The notes: generated from the sequence alone by a model not told the origin. Counted from the first letter of the stretch, positions 37,105 through 47,615 are shown. The stretch: 64,000 nucleotides of DNA from a virus (IMGVR_UViG_3300045988_182880:1-64000); one strand, 5' to 3'. Translations and numbers: made by a program.

Positions 37105-39825
37105 ATGACACTGAACGACTTGTCAAGCGAACAGCAGGAATTCGTACATTTGGCATTGTCGGGCAAAAACGTATTGTGTGACGCCTGCATCGGCAGCGGA
37201 AAAACATCGACTATCAACGTACTCTGCGATGCATATCCACCAGAACGGCGTATTTTGTACTTGACCTACAACCGATTACTCAAACTTGATGCCAAAGACA
37301 AAATCAAGAATGGCAATGTCCTGGTTCAGAACTATCATGGATTTGCAAGCCTGCTGCTGAACAAAAAGGGAATCCGGAATTGCGGACAGGGCGAACAGCT
37401 TGCTATGGTGCTGGAAAAGAAGGTTCCGATTCCGCCGATTGATACCCTTATCATCGACGAATACCAGGATATCAATGACGAGATTGCGGAACTGCTCAAA
37501 TATATTCGTTCTCAGAATCCGGGCCTTCAAATCGTCGCAGTGGGCGATATGAAGCAGAAAATCTACGATGATACAGCGCTGGATGTCTGGGAGTTCATGC
37601 AGGATTTTCTCGGCCGCCATGAACAGGTGGTTTTCACGAAATGCTTCCGTATTTCTCATGACTTGGCAGAACGACTCGGCAATATCTGGGGCAAGACCAT
37701 CAACGGCGTAAATGGTTCCTGCATCGTGGAACAGATGTCGGTCGATGAGGTAACAGAGTTCCTGGATAAACAGAACCCGAAAGATGTTTTGTGTCTGGGC
37801 GCTCGAATCGGAGCCATGACAAAGGTGCTCAATGACCTGGAAAATCGGCCCGGAAACCTCTATGACAAGCATCACGTCTATGCAAGTATCGCGGACAATG
37901 ACGGGGATAAGGCGGTAGCACCTTCCTCAGATGTTGGTATCTTCACAACATTTGACGGCAGTAAAGGTATGGAGCGACCTATCTGTGTCGTGTTCGATTT
38001 CACTGAGGAATACTGGTCGTCCCGCACAAGCAAGCCAATGTCACGATATGAGATTCTTCGGAATCTGTTTTGTGTCGCAGCAAGCCGAGGAAAGCAGCGG
38101 ATTATCTTCGTGAACTATGACCATCCGTTGAGCGATAAATCCCTGATGACTCCGACTGGAATGAATTGCGTGTTCCGGCATCCGTTTTCGTTCTCCGAGA
38201 TGTTCGACCACAAATTCATCGAAGATGTGGATGCTTGCTATAAGCTGCTGGAAGTCACACCGATTGAGCACAACGACAATACGACCATCGATGTGCAGGC
38301 AGCGGATGCCATGATTGATTTATCCCCCTGTATCAGCATCTATATGCAAGCAGGGTTCTTCAACTACTACGACATTGATGACGCACTTGCATATTATATG
38401 GACCTGCATGATGATATGCAGTATTTGAAAATCAAGAAAGGCGCAACGGTCGAGGATAAGGTTCTGCTGCTCACGGCGCTTGAAACGAATCAGTGCCGGT
38501 ATGTAAAACAGGTCAAGCCTCCTTTTGTGAACGCAAAAGCCAAAATGTCGCTGAGTATGCGGCTTGGCACCGTGTTCACTCCTGATGAGTATGTTCAGGC
38601 ACGCGGAGATATCGACATCCATACTAATGACCATAAAGTGATTTATACTTCGGGCCTTGCGGATGTCGTAAAGAACAACACCGTCTACTGCATCAAGTTC
38701 ATCAGCAGTCTGGCACACAAGCATTTTCTGCAGTGTGCGTGTTCTATGATTGCGCTGGGTCTTCCATATGGCGTTGTCTGGAACGTGAAAAGTAACCTGA
38801 TGTACAGCGTAAAAATCAAGGATAAGGACGCTCTGATTGACGCAATCCTCAAGTGCATCACGAAACGAGCTTACAACGGCGCGGATTATTACACCTGCCG
38901 AAAAGGCTTTGTACAGGATACGGCATCGATTATCGACCGCTGGACTGACGACGGATATGCGGAAGAACCCACCGCCATCACTTCCGGCGACGGTATCGCC
39001 ATCATCAAGCAGGGAACTCGCTATTTTGTGATGGACGGGGCACGCCGAAACACTCTGAACGATAATTTTGGGCTTGGTTTTGCCGATGTGAAAGACGCTT
39101 GTCTTGCTTATGCGAAGAGTTGCGAACTTCAAAAGACTGTGGACCATGATTCTCCTTATTCCGAAGTCGAGTTCTGGCTCGACCAGAACAAGGCGTTTGA
39201 GGAATACATGACACAGGTGAGTCACGAAATCACACAGCACAAAGAAGGACCGTATGCAAAGTACAAGTCTTTCGCTACACCCGTTATCCGAAAAATGCTG
39301 GCCGAAAAAGGACTTGCCATCACATTCCCGGAAAAGGTCCTCATCAAGGTTTGGAAGATGCGCCGCGCCGAAGATGCCATGTATCAGAAAATCGAAGAAG
39401 CAAATAAGCAGAACAATTCCAATGTGCCGCTCGATGAGGCGTTCTTTGACTCTGAACTGGTGGATTCCGTTGAGGGAAATACCAAAAGTGCCAAGGCAAA
39501 AGCCAAACCCCAAAAGGAATCCGCATTGCCGTTTTCCAAGTACGGTGCAGATGAAAAGAAGAGTTACCGTGTTGTGAAGAGTCCTGAACTTTCAAAGCCC
39601 AATCAGCCGCGCTATGTTGTGGTCGAGACGGCTACCGATAAGGTCCTGGACAACGCCAACGGATACGGATACCTATCCTATCAGGCTGCCTGGAAAGGGT
39701 ATTCGTACAAGAGCAAGCATCATCTGGATGGGGCAAAGAAGCCTATGAGCAAGAGCGCAAAAGAACGGGCTAAGAAAAAGGCAGCTTTCTTCTCGACCGA
39801 TTCGGAACAGCTCAGTTTCGGCTGA
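37105..39825 (+). CDS. UvrD/Rep-like SF1 helicase with 450-aa C-terminal extension
   Basis: Motifs: I GSGKTST, II IIDEYQD, III VGDMKQKIY and V TFDGSKGMERP. The ASRGKQRII segment resembles motif VI. The extreme C-terminus has a basic tail. Confidence 0.75.
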   Translation: MTLNDLSSEQQEFVHLALSGKNVLCDACIGSGKTSTINVLCDAYPPERRILYLTYNRLLKLDAKDKIKNGNVLVQNYHGFASLLLNKKGIRNCGQGEQLAMVLEKKVPIPPIDTLIIDEYQDINDEIAELLKYIRSQNPGLQIVAVGDMKQKIYDDTALDVWEFMQDFLGRHEQVVFTKCFRISHDLAERLGNIWGKTINGVNGSCIVEQMSVDEVTEFLDKQNPKDVLCLGARIGAMTKVLNDLENRPGNLYDKHHVYASIADNDGDKAVAPSSDVGIFTTFDGSKGMERPICVVFDFTEEYWSSRTSKPMSRYEILRNLFCVAASRGKQRIIFVNYDHPLSDKSLMTPTGMNCVFRHPFSFSEMFDHKFIEDVDACYKLLEVTPIEHNDNTTIDVQAADAMIDLSPCISIYMQAGFFNYYDIDDALAYYMDLHDDMQYLKIKKGATVEDKVLLLTALETNQCRYVKQVKPPFVNAKAKMSLSMRLGTVFTPDEYVQARGDIDIHTNDHKVIYTSGLADVVKNNTVYCIKFISSLAHKHFLQCACSMIALGLPYGVVWNVKSNLMYSVKIKDKDALIDAILKCITKRAYNGADYYTCRKGFVQDTASIIDRWTDDGYAEEPTAITSGDGIAIIKQGTRYFVMDGARRNTLNDNFGLGFADVKDACLAYAKSCELQKTVDHDSPYSEVEFWLDQNKAFEEYMTQVSHEITQHKEGPYAKYKSFATPVIRKMLAEKGLAITFPEKVLIKVWKMRRAEDAMYQKIEEANKQNNSNVPLDEAFFDSELVDSVEGNTKSAKAKAKPQKESALPFSKYGADEKKSYRVVKSPELSKPNQPRYVVVETATDKVLDNANGYGYLSYQAAWKGYSYKSKHHLDGAKKPMSKSAKERAKKKAAFFSTDSEQLSFG

Positions 39826-40134
39826 TTATTACTGCCGATGAGAGGGGGTGTATCAAGCGCAGCTTCAGGACGTTGCGCATTGTTTTCCAACACAAATAAA
39901 ATCACAAATCGGAAAATCCTTCTGAATATCACATAACAAATATCAGACATATGCCCACATAGGCAGAAAGGAATTACAACCCCTGCGCCGGGAAAGCCCA
40001 CTCCGTGAGGGGTGGGATGAAAGGCGCGTTGGAAATTTCAAGAAATTCATAAGGTGTTAACCGATTTTGTAGCAATTTGTGGTATAATATGCTATATGAT
40101 TAGAGATTATAGACGAACTGCAACAACTGTGTCT

Positions 40135-40500
40135 ATGGTGAATTATCATTTTGTGTTTTGCCCGCGCTATCGAAGAAAAATATTCTTAATAGATGGTGTA
40201 GAAGCGCGATTCAAAGAACTTGTACACCAAATTTGCGAGCAAAACGATTTTGATATATTAGCTATGGAATGCTACATTGACCATTGCCACTTGTTTTTGA
40301 ATGTTCCTCCAACAGTAAGTCCCTCTGATGTCATGCGTATCATTAAAACGAATACATCAAGGGTGCTGCTCAAGGAATTTTCTGAAGCAATTAAAACAAA
40401 AACCATTTGGACACGCAGTTATTTTGTCAGTACCGCCGGTGATGTATCTGCTGCTATGATACGCCGCTATATAGAAACCCAAAAGACTCGAGGTGTGTAA
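40135..40500 (+). CDS. tnpA: IS200/IS605 TnpA (Y1 HUH transposase)
   Basis: MVNYHFVFCPRYRRKIF, HUH motif DHCHLFL, and catalytic Tyr region RSYFVSTAG. An extended -10 TGGTATAAT lies upstream. Confidence 0.8.
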   Translation: MVNYHFVFCPRYRRKIFLIDGVEARFKELVHQICEQNDFDILAMECYIDHCHLFLNVPPTVSPSDVMRIIKTNTSRVLLKEFSEAIKTKTIWTRSYFVSTAGDVSAAMIRRYIETQKTRGV

Positions 40501-42043
40501 TTTGCCATACGGTCAAAAATCAAAAATGGATACCTTTATCCTGACGTTGCCGCTTATTACGAATTCGCACGATGAGGCGGAACTGTATTCCAGCTTTGAA
40601 AAATATTGCAAAGCATATAATTGGCTCGTTCAAAAAACCACGGAGATGTGGCATCAGGTGCGCAAAACTCGCAAATATCGCGATTTGGTTTCTGCTATTG
40701 CTGATACGGCTCCAAAAAGCAAAGAACGAAAAGCATTGTATAAGGAACGTACAAAGCTGCTCGAATCGTACGGTTTCACAAGCGTATCGTTCGAGAAGAA
40801 GCTTAAAGCGTATGCGAAATACTACCATCTGCATTCAGCCATCACGCAAAAGATTGCCGCTCGTGTCTGGGATTCGTGGTACAAGTTCTTCTATAAGAAC
40901 GGAAAATCCGTCCATTATAAAAAGCTAGACGATTTCGTTAGTTTTGCGGGCAAAACCAACAATACAGGCATTCAGTTCCTCGACAATAATGGTTTGTATA
41001 TTAAATTCCGTGGACGCTGCATTCCGGTTAAGCTGCGCAAAGGCAATACCGCATGGTATCAGCAGGAAGCGCTCAAACGGAAAGTTAAGTTCTGCACCAT
41101 CAAGCGCGAAATGATTCGGGGACAATGGCGCTACTTTGTACAGCTCGCCTTGGAAGGCAATCCCCCCATCAAATGCGACAGTAACGGCGTTATGAAGCAT
41201 CCTGTTAAGCAAGGCCGCATTGGTATAGATATCGGAACACAAACCATCGCGTTTAGCGGTAATGATGTTTGCGACCTCCGTGTGCTTGCACCGTCTGCTA
41301 TAGCAGAAGTCCGCAATGGTCTCACTAAGGAAATCGCTCGCGTTATGCGGCAAATGGACCGTTCGCGCCGGGCGATGAATCCGCAGTATTATAACGAAAA
41401 CGGAACCATCAAACGGCTAAAGCGCAAGAATGGACATAAGCAAATTCGTCATTGGAACTATAGCAAAAACTATTATCGGCTGCTGCATAAATTGCAGGAT
41501 TTGAACCGTAAGCTTGCTGCCGTACGCAAGACGGAACACTATATTCTTGCCAACGAGTTGCTGACATACGGCAACGAATTCGTGGTTGAAGATATGAACT
41601 ACAAAGCCTTGCAGAAGCGCAGTAAGAAAACGAAAATCAACCCCAAAACTGGTAGAGCGTATACCAAAAAGCGATTCGGTAAATCTATCGGTCGCTGTGC
41701 CCCGGCTTTGTTTATCGCCATTTTAGGACAAAAAGTAAAGTGCAGTGGCGGCAACATTATCAAGGTCAGCACTTTTGAAACGAAAGCCTCGCAGTTTGAC
41801 CACACCGATGACAGCTATACCAAAAAGAAATTGTCCCAGCGTTTTGCTAAACTCTCCAACGGAACCGTTGTCCAGCGGGATATGTATTCCGCATTTCTTT
41901 TAACGCATTTAGATGAAAGCCTTCAAGGCTACGATAAAGAAGCCATCGATAAAGATTTTCAACAGTTTATGAAACTGCACAACGAGGCAAAAGAACGCTT
42001 GCAAAACAGCCACGAGTGGCTGCCTTCTAGCGTAGGATTCTGA
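40493..42043 (+). CDS. tnpB: TnpB-like RNA-guided nuclease (IS605 OrfB), overlapping tnpA end
   Basis: RuvC-I is GIDIGTQTIAF, RuvC-II is VVEDMNYK and RuvC-III is QRDMYSAFLL. Confidence 0.8.
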   Translation: MCNLPYGQKSKMDTFILTLPLITNSHDEAELYSSFEKYCKAYNWLVQKTTEMWHQVRKTRKYRDLVSAIADTAPKSKERKALYKERTKLLESYGFTSVSFEKKLKAYAKYYHLHSAITQKIAARVWDSWYKFFYKNGKSVHYKKLDDFVSFAGKTNNTGIQFLDNNGLYIKFRGRCIPVKLRKGNTAWYQQEALKRKVKFCTIKREMIRGQWRYFVQLALEGNPPIKCDSNGVMKHPVKQGRIGIDIGTQTIAFSGNDVCDLRVLAPSAIAEVRNGLTKEIARVMRQMDRSRRAMNPQYYNENGTIKRLKRKNGHKQIRHWNYSKNYYRLLHKLQDLNRKLAAVRKTEHYILANELLTYGNEFVVEDMNYKALQKRSKKTKINPKTGRAYTKKRFGKSIGRCAPALFIAILGQKVKCSGGNIIKVSTFETKASQFDHTDDSYTKKKLSQRFAKLSNGTVVQRDMYSAFLLTHLDESLQGYDKEAIDKDFQQFMKLHNEAKERLQNSHEWLPSSVGF

Positions 42044-42417
42044 AACTTATATAGTTTCAATTTTATAGTATCAAAGGGAAACGACGCCGCCCTCGGCACT
42101 GCTGGGTGATTGCATCTTCGGATGCATGAGGTCAGTGAAACTCCTTAACTGGAGGATGTGTACCCAAGCGCTACTTTCGGCATAAAGATAAGTTGTTAAA
42201 CCACCAGCATACATGCAACCGGCTTTGCGCGGTACATGAGTCTATGCATCGGTTTATTGAAACTGCTGAACGAGAGGCGAAAGCCTGTAGTTCAGCAAGT
42301 CAAAGGTCAGCTCTAACATGGCTGTGAATTCAACGCGGTTGCGAAGAAAAGCCTCCAACCATCTTTTGTTGCAGAGAGCGAGAATCCCACTCCGTAAGGG
42401 GTGGGAGTGCGTCAAAG

Positions 42418-43284
42418 ATGGGACGCTATAATTTTAATCAGAGAACTCGGGACGGCTACGAAATCTCGCCCGAACAGGCGGCAAGATGGCTTGAAAGAAA
42501 CGACAATAATCGAAACATCAACGTCGCTAAAGTCAAAAAGATGGCAAAGGACATGAGAGAAGGGCATTGGGATACAACGCATCAGGGTATTGCCATCGCC
42601 TCCGATGGTACTCTGGTTGATGGGCAGCATCGGCTGCTCGCTATCGTTGAGTCCGGTGTGACCGTGCGTATGAACGTGACCTTTAATGCCGCCAAGTCTC
42701 AGCACATCGATTCCGGAAACATCCGCTCCATGGCAAATCGCGTGCAGATGTCTGAGTACGATATGAGCTGGACAAACAATACGATTCTCTCCGCAGCAAA
42801 TCTCATTGGCCGCGTATTCACGGGTTCCAACCTCAGTCACGAGGAAGCCTTGAGTGAATGGCTGATGAAATACCGCACGCAAATCGAATCCGCCACCAAG
42901 TGCATCAAGAAGGCTACACTGCCGGGACTCAATTCCGCAGGCACAACAGCCGCTATCATTGTAGCCGCCATGAACGATGTCCCCGCCATCTACATTGAGA
43001 AATTCATGGACGTGTTCTATTCTGGATTCACCAACAACGAAGCCGAGCATTATGCTATCACGCTGCGGGACGAACTGCTGCGCGAAAATCGTGTCAAGCG
43101 CGGCACACAGTACGCAAGATTTGCCTTTTTCCGTACTGCCAACCGACTGAACCAGTATTACAAGACTGCCACCGGGCAGCGGGTTGCCAAACGCGTCAAT
43201 AACGGCGATTTTCCGTACAATGTTTACGACGCCAACGGCGGTATCGTGAAACCCGAAACCAAGAAAACCAAGAAGGCTGTGTAA
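42418..43284 (+). CDS. ParB-like nuclease domain (ParBc/DGQHR) protein
   Basis: LVDGQHRLLAI motif. The gene starts immediately after the IS605 right end. Confidence 0.5.
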   Translation: MGRYNFNQRTRDGYEISPEQAARWLERNDNNRNINVAKVKKMAKDMREGHWDTTHQGIAIASDGTLVDGQHRLLAIVESGVTVRMNVTFNAAKSQHIDSGNIRSMANRVQMSEYDMSWTNNTILSAANLIGRVFTGSNLSHEEALSEWLMKYRTQIESATKCIKKATLPGLNSAGTTAAIIVAAMNDVPAIYIEKFMDVFYSGFTNNEAEHYAITLRDELLRENRVKRGTQYARFAFFRTANRLNQYYKTATGQRVAKRVNNGDFPYNVYDANGGIVKPETKKTKKAV

Positions 43285-43497
43285 TTTCAAAATGGCTTGA
43301 ATCTTTGAGGCTGTATATATGTTGCAAAGTTCAGATACAACCAAAAAAATTCCGATAAATCGCATAAAAGGAGAAATAAATGAAGAAGTTTTTGAAAATC
43401 ATCATTTTCGCTATCCTGGCCGGACTTGGTGCTTTCTGGTATGCAGAAACTCGAAAGCGCCGGACCATGATTCCGCTCGAATTTCGAGGCGAGTGAG

Positions 43498-43710
43498 ATG
43501 CGAAAAGACATCAAAATTGTGCTGGAAACCATTTGGTATCTGGTTCTGCCGGTGGTGGTTCTTGTGCTCTACATCAAATACTGGCATGGATATCTTGCGA
43601 ATCCCGGCTGGTCCTTAACTCACCCGTCGTATATCGTTCTCGGATTTGTCTTGAGTGCTACACTATGCTTTGAACTTATTTATTTCGATGTCAAGTTCGA
43701 TAAGAAATGA
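43498..43710 (+). CDS. Small membrane protein (70 aa); a 38-aa membrane peptide ORF lies at 43380-43496
   Basis: Hydrophobic segments. The two small ORFs are tightly coupled. Confidence 0.3.
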   Translation: MRKDIKIVLETIWYLVLPVVVLVLYIKYWHGYLANPGWSLTHPSYIVLGFVLSATLCFELIYFDVKFDKK

Positions 43711-43852
43711 GCACTTGCTATATTATTCGAATCCAGTACAATAAATAGTGTGAACGGATACTAAACAATCAGTAAGATTCACAATCTGTATTTTAAGCGG
43801 ACTTATCCCATAGCGGGGTAGGTCCGCTTTTTTTGTTGAAAGGAGAAAAAAC

Positions 43853-45002
43853 ATGAAAATCAAAAACAATCTATTTCGGAGCACAGCGGCAATCATCGCT
43901 GCGCTCTTTGCACTCAGCTTCACCGGCTGCGGTCAGAGTCCGATAATATCGGAAAGTCCATCCAGTATTGGGGTCGTCTCAGAAAGCACTGCAAGCAGTG
44001 AGCAGACGGCTGGCGATTCGGTGGACGGCAGCTTTACGATTCACTTTTTAGACGTAGGACAGGCGGATTCCGCTCTTGTTACCTGCGACGGCCACTCAAT
44101 GCTGATTGATGGCGGCAATGTGGATGATTCTAACCTCTTATTCTCTGTTATGCAACGAGAAACCGATGGGCACCTGGATTATGTCGTTGGGACTCACGCG
44201 CACGAAGACCACATCGGCGGCTTGTGAAGCCGTTACTGCGGACATGACTCTATGCCCTGTGACAGAATACGACAGCAAAGCATTTCGGAACTTTGCAAGC
44301 CACGCGGAACAGAAAAGCGGCGGCATTACGATACCGGATGTGGGGGATACCTATACTTTGGGAGAAGCGGAATTCACGATAGTTGGTGTTAATTCTGTTT
44401 CCGATGATACGAACAATGCATCGATTGTTCTGCGCATCGTTTATGGGGATACTTCGTTCCTCTTTACTGGTGATGCTGAACAGGAAGCCGAAAATGTGAT
44501 ACTTGCATCGGGACAAGACATTCAGTCAACGGTTCTGAAAGTGGGTCATCACGGCTCAAGCACATCTACCTCAGAGGCTTTTCTGGACGCAGTGAATCCG
44601 ACCTATGCCGTAATATCTTGTGGAGCAGGGAACAGCTATGGCCACCCACATCAGGAAACACTCGACAAGCTGCAAAACAAGGGTGTTGTGGTTTATCGTA
44701 CAGACCTGCTGGGTGATATTTACTGCACCTCGGATGGCAAAGAGGTAAGTTTCACTTCCGGCGAATATCATGATGAGAATCGGATTGAAGCGGGTTCTGC
44801 TGCAGAGTCCAATGATGAACAAAACAGCAAACCTCTTGTAATAGACGAAACATACGTTCTGAATACAAGTACCATGAAGTTTCACAAACCCGATTGCTCT
44901 GTAGTCGAATCGATGAGCCAGAAGAACCGAATCAACTATATGGGCTCACGTGACGAGCTCATCCAGGAAGGGTATTCGGCGTGCGGGATTTGTAAGCCTT
45001 AA
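43853..45002 (+). pseudogene. ComEC/Rec2-type metallo-beta-lactamase-fold lipoprotein, apparent -1 frameshift after HAHEDHIGGL (about 44225)
   Basis: The signal peptide carries a lipobox (ALSFTGC). Motifs HFLDVGQADS...LIDGG and HAHEDHIGG are present. Then a stop occurs, and the continuation VLKVGHHGSSTS...NSYGHP is in another frame. Confidence 0.6.
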
Positions 45003-45020
45003 AAATCGTACCTGATTTAC

Positions 45021-45048
45021 TCGACAAGCTGTGCGAACTGACTACAAT
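45021..45048 (+). promoter_or_regulatory. Promoter with conserved box (g): TCGACA-16-TACAAT, spacer agCTGTGCGAAcTGac
   Basis: Motif family. Confidence 0.45.
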
Positions 45049-45192
45049 AAAAAATGTACGATAGATAACAAACATCGAAAAAGGCATTCTGCCTTTCGTA
45101 CAATTCACAATTCTGCAGACATAAGGCAGACTCACCGTCTTGGTGGGCCTGCCTTTTTTGTTTGCGCAACTATAAAAAAGGAGTATAACGCA

Positions 45193-45933
45193 ATGTTCAA
45201 AATTCACAATGACAAAGTCTATTTCGTCGCCGAGACCCCCGATATCAACAAAGTTATCGAAATCTTTCTACCCAAGGATGACCATGGCACCATTATGGAT
45301 TCACACGAAATCCGTGTGGACCTGTGCCGTGCCGTCATTCACATGGAGAAGAAGGGTGTCCGTGTCTTGAAGGTCCGCAACATTGAGGATACCAACAAGG
45401 CAAACATCGACGTCTGGCACATGCCGGAATATCAGGAGGCTGCAGAGTCTCCCACGAGCGATGTGGTCGATGCCTGCATCGAGTCCAACTTTGATTCCGG
45501 CGCAACGTTCAACCTGCCCTGCAAAGCAAACCGCAAGACTCGCGAAGTCTTCGCCATTGAATGCGGCGCTTGCCCTAATGACGATGACAAGTTCAGCTAT
45601 GCAGAGGTTAAAGTTAATGGATGGCACTATCCGGTCAACAACATCACCGACATTATGGAGGAAAACGATGTTGACAGTGCGTTGGATGAGCTCTACCGCA
45701 TCCAGCAGAAAGGCGAGTATTGGGAAGCATACGAGGGCAAATCGCTCACGGATGCCATCCATGAATTCCGCTGGGCTATCCTGAAGGATGCCATTCAGAA
45801 GCGCGGACATGAGGCTGTTGCTGATTTTGTCGGAACCGACATTTCCAGTGACGCTTATGACCGCGTGATGGACGAAACCGAAACCCAGATGCCGAACGAA
45901 GAATTCGAGCGCTTCTGGGAAAAGTACATCTAA
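45193..45933 (+). CDS. Hypothetical protein
   Basis: AAAGGAG RBS. ORF after promoter box g. Confidence 0.45.
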   Translation: MFKIHNDKVYFVAETPDINKVIEIFLPKDDHGTIMDSHEIRVDLCRAVIHMEKKGVRVLKVRNIEDTNKANIDVWHMPEYQEAAESPTSDVVDACIESNFDSGATFNLPCKANRKTREVFAIECGACPNDDDKFSYAEVKVNGWHYPVNNITDIMEENDVDSALDELYRIQQKGEYWEAYEGKSLTDAIHEFRWAILKDAIQKRGHEAVADFVGTDISSDAYDRVMDETETQMPNEEFERFWEKYI

Positions 45934-45968
45934 GAAACATCTCACACACAGAAAGGGAGCATATTACT

Positions 45969-46295
45969 ATGGCTATTTTCAATACCAACGAATTTCTCCG
46001 CAAAACCTTCAGCAAGACCATTTTTGGTACTGCTGCACTTCGTCCGGAAGCGGTTTGTGCAGACGGCTTCACCCTGTCTATTCAGGCAAGCGGCATGCAC
46101 TACTGCATACCGAACGAAGACCTGTCGGACGGCGATTACTCTAAGGTCGAACTCAGCTACTTGTCTGAGAAGGTCGAAGAGTTTCTGCCGTTTGCTGAAG
46201 ACGACGAGGCACCGCTGGCTACGGTCTACGGGTATGTGCCCGTAGAAATCGTGGACGCGGTTCTGGCCAAGCATGGCGGCATCGTCAACGTTTAA
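45969..46295 (+). CDS. Hypothetical protein
   Basis: ORF with RBS. Confidence 0.4.
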   Translation: MAIFNTNEFLRKTFSKTIFGTAALRPEAVCADGFTLSIQASGMHYCIPNEDLSDGDYSKVELSYLSEKVEEFLPFAEDDEAPLATVYGYVPVEIVDAVLAKHGGIVNV

Positions 46296-46310
46296 GAAGG
46301 AGGAATACCA

Positions 46311-46637
46311 ATGTTAAAGACTTTTACTGTCGTTGCCAATGAAGTTATTGGCTTATCCGCAACGGAATGCACGCTGATGCAGTTCAACTACAATCCGGAA
46401 CAGATTCATGACCCCGAAACCGTTCTGCGCAGTGCCGTTAAGGACTATCTCCTGACGGATGAAGGCAAGCGTCAGTTGGAACTCAACTGTGGCTGCTGGA
46501 ACTGGGGCGATGTCGATGACATTCCCGACTCGTTCTTCTTGGACTACGGTTTGGCAAAAGTCGCACCGTTCGATGCGGATATTGTCGTTGACCGAAACGA
46601 AAGTTTTGCGGACGACTACGACGAAGACGAGGAGTAA
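46311..46637 (+). CDS. Hypothetical acidic protein
   Basis: AAGGAGG RBS. Confidence 0.4.
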   Translation: MLKTFTVVANEVIGLSATECTLMQFNYNPEQIHDPETVLRSAVKDYLLTDEGKRQLELNCGCWNWGDVDDIPDSFFLDYGLAKVAPFDADIVVDRNESFADDYDEDEE

Positions 46638-46641
46638 TACG

Positions 46642-46800
46642 ATGAGCAAATTATACATTAACGGCAAAGTTGTGCAGAACGCTATTGGCTGGCGCTTGAC
46701 CGCAGTTCCCGAACTGGGTTGGGCTATTTTGTTCAGTGATGGCACACAGAGCTTTATTCCGAAAACAGAAATCAAATCCATTTACAAAGGAGATGAATAA
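46642..46800 (+). CDS. Small protein (52 aa) immediately upstream of radical-SAM gene
   Basis: MSKLYINGKVVQNAIGWRLTAVPELGWAILFSDGTQSFIPKTEIKSIYKGDE. The stop overlaps the RBS region of the next gene. Confidence 0.3.
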   Translation: MSKLYINGKVVQNAIGWRLTAVPELGWAILFSDGTQSFIPKTEIKSIYKGDE

Positions 46801-46801
46801 C

Positions 46802-47542
46802 ATGCACATTTGCAGTGTGAGCAATGTGGTCATAGAAATCACGCGCCGGTGCAATATGTGCTGTGCGCACTGCATACGCGGAGATGCCGAAAATGTCGAT
46901 ATTCAGGAAAAATACATCGACGCTTTTCTCGATAGCTTCGATAAAGGCGCTTGTATCAGCTCTATCGTCTTTAGTGGCGGAGAAATCTCTCTGAATATCC
47001 CGGCAATTCGGTATATTCTGAAAGCCGTCAAAGAGCGAAACATCTCGGTTGGCAGCTTCTATATGGTCACCAATGGCAAGGCTGTCGATAAGATGGCGGA
47101 CCTTGCTCTCGCGAGTCTTGAGTGGTGGAATTACTGCGACAACAAAGACGACGATATGTGCGGCCTTTGTGTCAGCAGCGACAACTTCCACGAGAAAATC
47201 CCGCATGAAAGCGAAGGCTTCTTTAGTGGCTTGAAATACAGCCACGACGATAAGGTGACGGACTTTCGCTTTCATTCCCTTATCAACGAAGGCCGCGCCA
47301 AAACCATCAATTCGAGTCTCTACAAAAAATGCGAACCATGTGTGAAAAAGCTTGAATACAGAATCAACGAAGACAGCGGTATCGATTTCTGGTGCAGCGA
47401 AATGTACCTGAACGCTGTTGGCGACGTTGTTTCCGGTTGTGACTGGTCCTATGAGTCACAGAAGAAGTACCGTCTTGGCAATGTGATGGACAAGAACTGG
47501 CTGGATAATATTCCCGACAGCGAATGGTGCATTGCGAACTAA
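46802..47542 (+). CDS. Radical SAM enzyme with C-terminal Cys-rich (SPASM/twitch-like) region
   Basis: The CxxxCxxC cluster is RRCNMCCAHC. A GGE motif FSGGEISL is present. The C-terminal cysteines sit in CDNKDDDMCGLC...CEPC...C...C. Confidence 0.65.
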   Translation: MHICSVSNVVIEITRRCNMCCAHCIRGDAENVDIQEKYIDAFLDSFDKGACISSIVFSGGEISLNIPAIRYILKAVKERNISVGSFYMVTNGKAVDKMADLALASLEWWNYCDNKDDDMCGLCVSSDNFHEKIPHESEGFFSGLKYSHDDKVTDFRFHSLINEGRAKTINSSLYKKCEPCVKKLEYRINEDSGIDFWCSEMYLNAVGDVVSGCDWSYESQKKYRLGNVMDKNWLDNIPDSEWCIAN

Positions 47543-47615
47543 AAATATCATCAACAAATAGCCACCGCCTCCTTAACGGGAACGGTGGCCTTTTTTTCAA
47601 AAAGGAGACCAACAA

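Larger units (their letters stand above)
39975..42417 (+). mobile_element. IS200/IS605-family insertion sequence (tnpA + tnpB) with subterminal hairpins
   Basis: The left-end hairpin CCCACTCCGTGAGGGGTGGG is near 39994-40013. The right-end hairpin CCCACTCCGTAAGGGGTGGG is near 42390-42409. A structured reRNA-like 3' region lies at 42044-42415. Confidence 0.7.

Noticed and set aside
40054-40134. N-terminal 27-aa extension of TnpA (MLTDFVAICGIICYMIRDYRRTATTVS)
   Set aside because: Canonical TnpA begins at MVNYHFVFCPRYRR. The extension overlaps the promoter (TGGTATAAT) and the left-end region, so the internal Met at 40135 is preferred.
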